Translations under genes and position numbers: made by a program
Part shown: positions 9,196 to 17,033 of the stretch, in pieces
Position numbering within the stretch: position 1 is the first letter of the stretch
Layout: each line of letters starts with the position of its first letter
Notes under the pieces: generated by a model
Database searches by the model: none
What the model saw: only the letters and a program-made list of their open reading frames with translations
What the model was told of the DNA's origin: nothing
Assembly (NCBI GenBank): GCA_036140295.1
Contig: JAYZYL010000002.1
Coordinates: 440 to 64,439, forward strand
Source of the DNA: Pseudomonadota bacterium
GTDB lineage: Bacteria; Pseudomonadota; Gammaproteobacteria; GCA-002705445; GCA-002716945
Direction of reading: 5' to 3'
DNA: 64,000 nt

Positions 9196-9564
9196 ATGTA
9201 TAAATTGTTTGTTATTTTAATATTATGGATATTTTTTATTCCAAGCCTTTATGCAGAAAACTATATTGCATCAAGACAAGAATTGTGGTTTTCAGATTCG
9301 AGTTATTATAAAACATCACATCACATAAAAATTGGTAAAAGAGTTATGTTTAATAATTATGATTTTTTTGGTGAAGTAGGTATTGGCGAAGATATTGATG
9401 AAGGCACTCCAGTAGGTTCTGGGTCATCATTTGATTATATTAGATTTGGAGTTAGTAAAACTTTCTTTGATTCTTTTAAAGTTAATGTTAATTATCGTAG
9501 TAAGATGAAATCAGATGATAGAGACCTTAACTGGATTGTCATTAATACTAAATATAAATTTTAG
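9196..9564 (+). CDS. Hypothetical exported protein (OMP-like C-terminus)
   Basis: GGAGG lies 5 nt upstream of the ATG at 9196, so the ORF-track start at 9184 is probably inside the SD. Signal peptide MYKLFVILILWIFFIPSLYA/ENY. Ends in ...INTKYKF. Confidence 0.45.
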   Translation: MYKLFVILILWIFFIPSLYAENYIASRQELWFSDSSYYKTSHHIKIGKRVMFNNYDFFGEVGIGEDIDEGTPVGSGSSFDYIRFGVSKTFFDSFKVNVNYRSKMKSDDRDLNWIVINTKYKF

Positions 9565-9566
9565 TT

Positions 9567-9585
9567 GGACATCTTCAGATGCTCC
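9567..9585. terminator. Weak imperfect hairpin between convergent ORFs
   Basis: GGACATC-TTCA-GATG(C)TCC. Short stem with one bulge and no clear U-tract. Confidence 0.2.
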
Positions 9586-9594
9586 TTAAAACAC

Positions 9595-12500
9595 CTATCG
9601 ACATCTTGACAAGATATCATCTAACCATTTCTGTTGTTTGGGGCTTAAGGATTCGCCTTTTTCCAATCTTTTCATCACATTACCGCCTGGCTTTGTAAAA
9701 TCACGTTCTTTATTACTCATGATGTCTTTCTTGCGACAATCTTCTATTTCTTGGAGCAGTGATTTAACATCAGATTCTGATATTGATTTTGTCATTTTTG
9801 TTTTTCCTGAAGTTTTATCAGAGTTATCATTTGCTTTGAGATATTGGTCTATAAAATATTGATCATAATTCTTTATCCAATTACATTTTGTTACATGGCA
9901 TTTAAAATAGCCACCAAAACCATAAAATTTTTTGCCTGGTCTTCTTACGCTTCTAGAATGAAACACGACATCTGGGCTTCCACACTCGGGACATGGTGGG
10001 TTTTCTTTTCCAGCTAAAGCTTCAATGCTTGACCCTGATCTCTTACCCTTTCTATAAATCTCAAGTTGAGCTGATTGAAGTCCAATTTTATTATTAATCG
10101 TCCGCAACATTGTTTCTTCTGAGTTGTTATGAGATAAAGCATTAAGAGATCCTACCCAAAATATATCATTGTCGATCCATATATATTTTTGATGCATTTC
10201 ATACCTAAGATCAATAATTGCTCCAAGGTCTATTAATAACTGATAGGCTTTATATGATTGAGAAGGGTTCCTCATATCTGGAGGTCTGATAACGCATTTA
10301 ATTATGACGCCTTCCTCTGTTTTTTTTCGTATTATATCAGCCCACCATGCCACCCTTTTTTCGGTACAAAAAGGTGAATAAATTATAATCCATTTCTTTG
10401 CTTTATGGAGATCTGGCTTCAGAGTTTCATAAAAGGTTTTCTCATCACATGTAGTTACCTCTCTATCTTTGTATTTGGTTGTTGATACAGGTTTATAATC
10501 AGCCACATCTTTGCTTAATGTTTTTGGAGACAACTCCACTACTTCGCTAAGCTTTTTTTCAACACCTTTTTCTTGAATATCTATTAAAATATCTTTCATG
10601 AGTGCAGTTTGTTTTAGTCTTTCTTCCATATATTTAATATTCGCAAAGGTTATTAAAAAGCCTTTAGCTCGACTTAATGCTACATTCATGACTTTGAAGT
10701 CGTTAAACATTCCCCCTATCCATGGTAGACCATATGTCTCAACTGTATCGAAAATTATGATATCCTTTTCATTGCCCTGAAATCTATGTACTGTTCCGCA
10801 TTCAATATTTTTTAATTCTTCATCATCTAAAATCTTTCTGATAATTTTTGCTTGAGTATTATAAGGTGTTATTATTCCAAGATCTTTTGGTGATTTTATA
10901 AAATTACTCTTTACAAGACTTCGTACAAGATTTCTAATCGCGATAGCATGAAGAAGGTTATACTTAGAATTACTTCTTGGTTTTACATTGCAAAATGGCT
11001 GGTATTCTTGTGTATCAATGAGAATAAGAGAACTAGAAAAAAAATTAGGGTATGAATCTCTTAGCTTACCGGCTTTTTTATCAGTTATTAGACTTCCATA
11101 ATAAAATCTATTATTAATTAAATCGCAAATTACTTTCTCCATTCTGTACTGCACTTTGAGCTGAACAAGATTGTCGGGAAGAGTATTTGTTTCAACTGAG
11201 TCAGCTACGCCTGATTTTTGAAAAACGTCTATTGCCATCCATCTTTTAACAACCTCCTGTTTATCTTCATCAATATAGCTTTTATTCAAAGATTGGACAA
11301 TTGGTGGCAGCTGTTTAAAATCTCCTGTAACAGTAACTTTCTGACTAGCTAACCCTGAAACATAAAAAACTAATGGTAAATGAAGCATTGATGACTCATC
11401 GATGACAACGAGATCATATGTCTTAAATATTTTCCATTTCAAATAAGTCTGAGTTGCAGTTGCTGCTGTAACTCTACATTTATCTAAGAGTTCAGTTTTC
11501 TTCTTATCAATCTCATTTTGAACTTTTGTAATTTCACTAGTAATATCAGATATGTCTTTTTGCATTATGTCGCGTTTTGATTCAACAGGTTCAATACTTA
11601 AATTCTTAACTTTTTTTTCTAACTCTGATTCAGATTTTTTTAATCTTTTAAGATTTCCAGAAAGTTCTTTTAATTTCTCAGGTGCATTCTTTAATTTAAC
11701 TTTTAACTCATTAAGCTCCATTTTAAGTTCGCTTATATGCCTTTCAATGTCCTCTTTGCTTCTTTTGCCAGCGAACCAGTTTGCTACAGTACCTATAACA
11801 GTACTAGATCTAGCAGTGCCCAACTCTTTTTTAAGATCATTAATTGAACGTTCTTTAGTAGTAATTTCAGGTCCAGATTCATTTATGAATAATTTAAAGT
11901 CTTCTATTTCTGCTTCTCTATCAATATTTTCTTTTTTCATTTTTTGATATTTATAATAATTGTTTATGTCATCATCAATAGGTTTTATTTTTTCGTATAA
12001 TTTGTCTAACTTCTTTGTTAGTTCAGTGATTTTCATCTGAAGTGGCGTAGTAAGACGTTTGACCACTTCATCTAAATCAATATATTCTTTATACTTTCGA
12101 GATACCTCCTCATTGATAATTTTTCCAAATCTTAAGACAGAAGCTTCTTTGAAATCCTTATCTTTAATTTTTGTTAGCTGATCACATAAACTTTTTAATA
12201 AAATATCCACTGCCATATTGGTATTTGATACAAGCAATATTTTTTTATTATTCTTATAAAAATAATAAATGACCTCTGCCAATGTAAAGGTTTTACCTGT
12301 ACCCGGCGGCCCCCATAAGTAAAGCAATTCTGATCCCGATATCACTTTTAACGCATTAAACTGGTTGTCATTAAGGCTCTCGGGTTTTTCTTTTAAGGAT
12401 GAATTGATTTTTATTTTTGATTTTTTTAAACCTAAAGTTTTAAGGGCCAAGTCGGTATTAAATACACTCACATCATCTATTTTAGATACATTTTCTAATC

Positions 12501-12888
12501 TATCTTTTAGTCTCTCCAGCAGAAAGGAATTATTGGTTTTTATTGATGCATGAGCTATTTCTTTTCCTAAATTTTCATTTATTGAAATCCTAATATCCCT
12601 TCCAATAATCGATACTATTGACCCCGTATAAGTGTTCTCACCAACTATAAATTCAATTGGTGTTTCTTCGTTCAGTAATAATGAGTCATCTAGCTTAAAG
12701 CTATAAATGTATTCGTTAGCTACATGATCCTGCAAATTACCATTGGTTATTTCAATGGAATTTTCTATTGCCGTTTTTTTTACACAATCTATCTCAATCT
12801 CTAATGCTTCACCCATTTTGATAAATGCGGGATCAATCTTCGTTAGATCTTCATCTTCAGCCTTCTTTAAATCCTCATCTTGAGCCAT
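9595..12888 (-). CDS. SF1 (Upf1/DNA2-like, COG1112-type) helicase fused to an HKD/PLD nuclease and a topo-type C4 zinc ribbon; Mokosh type II (MkoC)-like
   Basis: Helicase motifs in order: Walker A LWGPPGTGKTF (nt 12289-12312), DLVVIDESSM, GDFKQLPP, QYRM, ITPYNTQ, VHRFQGNEKD, VALSRAK. HKD motif HQKYIWIDNDIFWVGSLN (nt 10141-10194). Zinc ribbon CPECG...CHVTKC (nt 9883-9993). Confidence 0.85.
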   Translation of the reverse strand: MAQDEDLKKAEDEDLTKIDPAFIKMGEALEIEIDCVKKTAIENSIEITNGNLQDHVANEYIYSFKLDDSLLLNEETPIEFIVGENTYTGSIVSIIGRDIRISINENLGKEIAHASIKTNNSFLLERLKDRLENVSKIDDVSVFNTDLALKTLGLKKSKIKINSSLKEKPESLNDNQFNALKVISGSELLYLWGPPGTGKTFTLAEVIYYFYKNNKKILLVSNTNMAVDILLKSLCDQLTKIKDKDFKEASVLRFGKIINEEVSRKYKEYIDLDEVVKRLTTPLQMKITELTKKLDKLYEKIKPIDDDINNYYKYQKMKKENIDREAEIEDFKLFINESGPEITTKERSINDLKKELGTARSSTVIGTVANWFAGKRSKEDIERHISELKMELNELKVKLKNAPEKLKELSGNLKRLKKSESELEKKVKNLSIEPVESKRDIMQKDISDITSEITKVQNEIDKKKTELLDKCRVTAATATQTYLKWKIFKTYDLVVIDESSMLHLPLVFYVSGLASQKVTVTGDFKQLPPIVQSLNKSYIDEDKQEVVKRWMAIDVFQKSGVADSVETNTLPDNLVQLKVQYRMEKVICDLINNRFYYGSLITDKKAGKLRDSYPNFFSSSLILIDTQEYQPFCNVKPRSNSKYNLLHAIAIRNLVRSLVKSNFIKSPKDLGIITPYNTQAKIIRKILDDEELKNIECGTVHRFQGNEKDIIIFDTVETYGLPWIGGMFNDFKVMNVALSRAKGFLITFANIKYMEERLKQTALMKDILIDIQEKGVEKKLSEVVELSPKTLSKDVADYKPVSTTKYKDREVTTCDEKTFYETLKPDLHKAKKWIIIYSPFCTEKRVAWWADIIRKKTEEGVIIKCVIRPPDMRNPSQSYKAYQLLIDLGAIIDLRYEMHQKYIWIDNDIFWVGSLNALSHNNSEETMLRTINNKIGLQSAQLEIYRKGKRSGSSIEALAGKENPPCPECGSPDVVFHSRSVRRPGKKFYGFGGYFKCHVTKCNWIKNYDQYFIDQYLKANDNSDKTSGKTKMTKSISESDVKSLLQEIEDCRKKDIMSNKERDFTKPGGNVMKRLEKGESLSPKQQKWLDDILSRCR

Positions 12889-12907
12889 GATAAACCCTTA
12901 AATTGTA

Positions 12908-13360
12908 GTGTTTTATCATTATAATAGATTTATGAATAGTATAATAATAATTTTGGGGTTGTTGTTAGTTCTGCTTGTTAGCTCTTATATATCGAGCAAC
13001 AAAAAAATGAGTGTTAGGGTGTCTGAGGGAAAACATATGTTGAGTAAAAATAAAACAACTGATTTACATTTATTGTGTAAAGACTATAAGTTTATAAATC
13101 GTTCAACAAATGAAAAATTTACTTCAGGATATTGGTATTTTTCATTAGAGAGAGCTTCCTCTTTGATTGGAGCTAATATCTATTTTCATAATACCAAGTC
13201 GGAATTATCATACACAGGTGGGATAATAACTAAAGTTGAACAGCAGAAATACAATGAACAAGACCGTATTGTATTTACTTTTGAGTTTAATCAAAAAAAT
13301 ATCGATAAATCATGGCAAGGAGATACAAATCCAAGAGCATGGTACAGTATTGTAAAATGA
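12908..13360 (+). CDS. Hypothetical protein divergent from the helicase gene (start ambiguous)
   Basis: The ORF runs from GTG 12908. ATG 12932 would give a TM-anchored protein (NSIIIILGLLLVLLVSSYI). ATG 13037 is preceded by GAGGGA and would give a soluble 107-aa protein. No family recognised. Confidence 0.4.
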   Translation: MFYHYNRFMNSIIIILGLLLVLLVSSYISSNKKMSVRVSEGKHMLSKNKTTDLHLLCKDYKFINRSTNEKFTSGYWYFSLERASSLIGANIYFHNTKSELSYTGGIITKVEQQKYNEQDRIVFTFEFNQKNIDKSWQGDTNPRAWYSIVK

Positions 13361-13401
13361 GAGCTGATTTTATTGACGTGTAGAGTGATAAATAAGGCCA
13401 A

Positions 13402-13423
13402 AATGGCTATGGGTGGACTTGAA
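13402..13423. repeat. attR-like repeat (3' end of tRNA-Met plus 2 nt)
   Basis: Partner of the repeat at 9140-9162. Confidence 0.75.
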
Positions 13424-13477
13424 CCACCGACCGCAGCGTTATGAGTGCTGTGCTCTAACCAACTGAGCTACATAGCC
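13404..13477 (-). tRNA. tRNA-Met (anticodon CAU, elongator-like)
   Basis: Reverse complement GGCTATGTAGCTCAGTTGGTTAGAGCACAGCACTCATAACGCTGCGGTCGGTGGTTCAAGTCCACCCATAGCCA folds as a cloverleaf and closely resembles E. coli elongator tRNA-Met. No CCA is encoded. tRNA-Ile2 (lysidine) is not formally excluded. Confidence 0.85.
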
Positions 13478-13478
13478 A

Positions 13479-14555
13479 TTAAATATTAAACCTAAAATAA
13501 ATAACATCTCCCTCTTGCACTATATAATCCTTTCCCTCTTGTCTCCATACTCCACTATTTTTTGATCCCTGCTCGCCATTATGTTTTATGTATTCATCGT
13601 AGGCAACTGTTTCTGCTCTTATAAAACCCTTTTGTATATCTGTATGTATAATACCCGAACAGTCTCGTGCATTAAAATCTTTTTTAGCAGACCAAGCCCT
13701 TGTTTCCTTAGGACCTGAGGTAAAAAATGTTTTGAATTGTAATAATTGATAACCCGTATTAATGATCTTATCTAAAGCATATGTATTATCACTCATTTCC
13801 TTTAAAAACTCTTGTTTTTCCCTATCATCTAATTCAGAAATATCCTGTTCAGTTCTGACGTCAATTGTTAAAAGTTTTATCTTACTGTTCAATTTATTCT
13901 GAAAATCTGTAAGATCACTCTGGCTCGTATTGCTATTTACATTAGCAATAACAAACATAGGTTTATTTGTAAGTAACGTCAAATCATTCAATTGTAAGGT
14001 ATCTTCACTAAACTCAAATGTTGATGCAAAATGTCCACTATTTAGATGTTTTAATAATAGATTTAATTCTTCAATTATTGAGTTTTTTGATTTTTGATCA
14101 ACTCTGCTTTTTTCAATCCTAATAATATATTTTTCAATTCTGTTTATATCAGCTAATATAAGTTCAGAATTAATGTCATCAAAATCATCATCAGGGCTCA
14201 GGGCCCCTTTAACGTGAATAATTTCATCATCCTTAAAAAATCTAACAACATGAGCAATAACGTCTGTATTATTGATATGATTTAGAAATTCATTACCAAG
14301 TCCTTCACCTTTTGATGCTCCCTTTATTAGTCCTGCAATATCAACGAATTCAATTGAAGCATTAATAACTTTTTCTGATTTATTTATTTCAGCTAATTTA
14401 TCTAGTCTAGTATCAGGTACCTTTACATATGCAACATTTGGATCAATTGTACAAAATGGATAGTTGCTTGCTGGTATTTTTTGTGATGTTAGTAAATTAA
14501 ATATCGATGATTTTCCAACGTTTGGCATTCCAATGAGTCCACATTTAAATCCCAT
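13479..14555 (-). CDS. ychF: Redox-regulated ATPase YchF
   Basis: GLIGMPNVGKSSIFN P-loop, NYPFCTIDPN, and C-terminal TGS-like region ending GDVIYFRFN. Confidence 0.9.
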   Translation of the reverse strand: MGFKCGLIGMPNVGKSSIFNLLTSQKIPASNYPFCTIDPNVAYVKVPDTRLDKLAEINKSEKVINASIEFVDIAGLIKGASKGEGLGNEFLNHINNTDVIAHVVRFFKDDEIIHVKGALSPDDDFDDINSELILADINRIEKYIIRIEKSRVDQKSKNSIIEELNLLLKHLNSGHFASTFEFSEDTLQLNDLTLLTNKPMFVIANVNSNTSQSDLTDFQNKLNSKIKLLTIDVRTEQDISELDDREKQEFLKEMSDNTYALDKIINTGYQLLQFKTFFTSGPKETRAWSAKKDFNARDCSGIIHTDIQKGFIRAETVAYDEYIKHNGEQGSKNSGVWRQEGKDYIVQEGDVIYFRFNI

Positions 14556-14556
14556 T

Positions 14557-15144
14557 TTAGAAATTCTCGCCGTTTAAAATATTCATAAGTTTTGAAAAAT
14601 CAAGATTAAAAAATTCATCATAATGGTTAATGCTGAAATCAATACTTTTTACCATCCTCTCCCTATCTTCCTTCGAAGGTTTGCCAAGTACATAATTATT
14701 TGTGTCATCTTTATGAATTGGTTTTCCAATCCCTATTCTTAATCTCCAAAAATTTTTAGATCCAAGCTGCTCAATAATACTGTCTAGACCTTTATGCCCC
14801 CCACTACTACCACCTAATTTCATACGTGTTTTCCCTACTACCAAATCAAGATCATCATGGATAATTAAAATATTCTCTGTCTTTATATTGGTGTTTTTTA
14901 TAAATTTCTTGATTGGCACTCCGCTATTATTTATATAGCTTAAGGGTTTCATGAAAGTTATACTTTTCCCGTTTTTTTCTAGATTAAATATTTCAGACTC
15001 AAATTTTTTAGACAAGATTAGATCTTTTCGAAATTTTTCAGATAGCAAGTCTATGAACCAAAAGCCAACGTTATGTCTAGTTCCTAATAAATTTTTATCA
15101 GGGTTTCCTAAACCAACAATAAGTTGTAGTGGCTGTTCATTCAT
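14557..15144 (-). CDS. pth: Peptidyl-tRNA hydrolase
   Basis: LIVGLGNP...TRHNVGF and GGHKGL motifs. Conserved position between ychF and rplY. Confidence 0.9.
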   Translation of the reverse strand: MNEQPLQLIVGLGNPDKNLLGTRHNVGFWFIDLLSEKFRKDLILSKKFESEIFNLEKNGKSITFMKPLSYINNSGVPIKKFIKNTNIKTENILIIHDDLDLVVGKTRMKLGGSSGGHKGLDSIIEQLGSKNFWRLRIGIGKPIHKDDTNNYVLGKPSKEDRERMVKSIDFSINHYDEFFNLDFSKLMNILNGENF

Positions 15145-15167
15145 AGTAGAAAGCGTGAGAACTAAGG

Positions 15168-15926
15168 TTAGCCTTTCTTAGGTTCACCTTTTTCTGTTTT
15201 TGTATCTTCTGCTTTTGTCTCACCTTTTTCTTTTTCCTTTTCAGATTCAGCTTTATCGCCTTTAGCTGCTGCTTCTTCTCCTTCTGCTGCTTCTTCTCCT
15301 TCTGCTGCTTCTTCTCCTTCTTCAGGTTTGACTTCTTCCTCTATCTTTTCTTCCTTAGGCATATAACAATTTACAACAGCAGTATCATGCTCTTTATCAC
15401 CCGCAGATAGCTCAACCCCTTCTGGAATTTTAATCTCAGAAATATGAATACTATTTCCAATATCAAGATTACTTACATCAACCTCAATATTGTCAGGGAT
15501 ACTTTTTGGCAAACAGCTTATTTGTAACTCTGTAAGAGCATGAGATAATTTTCCTCCAGATATTTTAATTCCTATACAACCATCTTCTCCAATGAATTTG
15601 ATAGGTACACTGACAGTAACTTTTTTATCCTGACGGACTATTTGGAAGTCTATATGAGTAATTTTTGATCTTTCAGGGTCTCTTTGGAGATTTTTTAGAA
15701 TTACTTCTTTGTTTTTACTCCCTATTTTTAAGTTAATAACATGACTGTAAAAAGCTGTATCTTTGATTTGTTTGTCAAGTTGAAAACTATTAATTAAGAC
15801 TGACTGGTTTCCGTCAGCATCTCCATATATTTCAGCTGGTATAAGATTGTTGCTCCTATACCGTCTAGACGCTCTTTTTCCAAACTTATCTCTTTCCTGA
15901 GCTTCAAGCATAAATTGTGATGTCAT
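15168..15926 (-). CDS. rplY: 50S ribosomal protein L25 (Ctc form) with a long acidic/lysine-rich tail
   Basis: R.....G..R..R..N.IPA..YG pattern and a two-domain Ctc-type body. The C-terminal ~60 aa are low-complexity E/A/G/K. Confidence 0.85.
   Translation of the reverse strand: MTSQFMLEAQERDKFGKRASRRYRSNNLIPAEIYGDADGNQSVLINSFQLDKQIKDTAFYSHVINLKIGSKNKEVILKNLQRDPERSKITHIDFQIVRQDKKVTVSVPIKFIGEDGCIGIKISGGKLSHALTELQISCLPKSIPDNIEVDVSNLDIGNSIHISEIKIPEGVELSAGDKEHDTAVVNCYMPKEEKIEEEVKPEEGEEAAEGEEAAEGEEAAAKGDKAESEKEKEKGETKAEDTKTEKGEPKKG
15265..15321. repeat. 18-nt tandem repeat x3 in the rplY tail (encodes EGEEAA x3)
   Basis: gctgcttcttctccttct repeated three times on the plus strand, read directly. 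Confidence 0.9.
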
Positions 15927-15962
15927 TTTACTTATTCCGTCATTAAATTTAGGATTATACTA

Positions 15963-16916
15963 CTATTCCATAAAAAGTGAACTGACAGATTCCTTTTGAT
16001 GGATTCTTCTTATGGTCTCGGCAAGCATTTCCGAAACTGAAATTTGTCTTATTTTTTTAATTTTTTTAGTTGTTTCTCGAAGGGGGATTGTATCAGTAAC
16101 AACAATCTCGTCAAGTTCAGATTTTTCTATATTCTCATTTGCGTTTCCTGATAACACTGGATGTGTGATATATGCGACCACTTTTTTGGCTCCCTTCTCT
16201 TTTAATGCTTTGGCAGCATGACAAAGTGTTCCTGCAGTATCAACTATATCATCAACAATCATACAAGACATATCTTGTACATTCCCAATGATTTGCATAA
16301 CTTCAGAAACATTTTGATCTGTTCTCCTTTTGTCTACAATTGCTAAATCAGAATTCAATTGTTTTGCTAATGCTCTTGCCCTTACGACACCGCCAACATC
16401 AGGGGATACTACAATCATATCTGGATATTTCTGTTTATATATATCTGCAACCAAAAGTGGGGTTGCATAAATATTATCTACTGGTATGTCAAAGAATCCT
16501 TGTATTTGATCGGCGTGAAGGTCAATTGTTAATAACCTGTCTATTCCCATACCGGTAATCATATTAGCAACGACTTTTGCTGTAATTGGAACTCTTGCAG
16601 ATCGAACTCTTCTGTCTTGTCTTGAATATCCAAAATATGGAAGTACTGCTGTGATTCTATCTACAGAAGATCGCCTTAATGCATCTGTCATAACCATTAA
16701 TTCCATTAAATTTTTATTAGTAGGGTTACATGTTGGCTGAATAATAAATATATCTTGTCCTCTTACATTTTCTTGTATTTCTACAGATATTTCCCCATCA
16801 CTAAATGTCCCAACGGCAGCTTTTCCAACGGATAGGTTTAAGTTTTTAGCAACAGCAACAGCTAATTGTGGGTTAGAGTTTCCGGCAAAAACCATTAGTG
16901 ATTTTTCATCTTTCAT
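15963..16916 (-). CDS. prs: Ribose-phosphate pyrophosphokinase
   Basis: [12 protein letters not shown] and the PRPP-binding loop [12 protein letters not shown]. Confidence 0.95.
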   Translation of the reverse strand: MKDEKSLMVFAGNSNPQLAVAVAKNLNLSVGKAAVGTFSDGEISVEIQENVRGQDIFIIQPTCNPTNKNLMELMVMTDALRRSSVDRITAVLPYFGYSRQDRRVRSARVPITAKVVANMITGMGIDRLLTIDLHADQIQGFFDIPVDNIYATPLLVADIYKQKYPDMIVVSPDVGGVVRARALAKQLNSDLAIVDKRRTDQNVSEVMQIIGNVQDMSCMIVDDIVDTAGTLCHAAKALKEKGAKKVVAYITHPVLSGNANENIEKSELDEIVVTDTIPLRETTKKIKKIRQISVSEMLAETIRRIHQKESVSSLFME

Positions 16917-16934
16917 ATGTAGTTCCTCTTTGTT

Positions 16935-17006
16935 CTGGGGTGGAAGGATTCGAACCTCCGAATGACGGGATCAAAACCCGCTGCCTTACCGCTTGGCTAC
17001 ACCCCA
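16935..17006 (-). tRNA. tRNA-Gln (anticodon UUG)
   Basis: Reverse complement TGGGGTGTAGCCAAGCGGTAAGGCAGCGGGTTTTGATCCCGTCATTCGGAGGTTCGAATCCTTCCACCCCAG is near-identical in pattern to E. coli tRNA-Gln. Sits in the conserved ispE-tRNA-Gln-prs position. Confidence 0.9.
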
Positions 17007-17033
17007 ATCTTTTTATTTTTTTCTCAAACATAT

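Larger units (their letters stand above)
9140..13423. mobile_element. tRNA-Met-associated genomic islet (integrase-less, ~4.3 kb) carrying the helicase-PLD gene
   Basis: Bounded by direct repeats of the tRNA 3' end. Contains three ORFs without housekeeping identity. Lies on the 3' side of the tRNA, as expected for tRNA-targeting integrative elements. Confidence 0.55.

Noticed and set aside
11552-11947. A 131-aa plus-strand ORF inside the helicase gene. Similar ones occur at 9638-9862, 10598-10780 and 12365-12553.
   Set aside because: These are antisense to K/E-rich (AAR/GAR) codons, which read as stop-free F/L/S-rich frames. They have no start context and are fully nested in a well-supported CDS.
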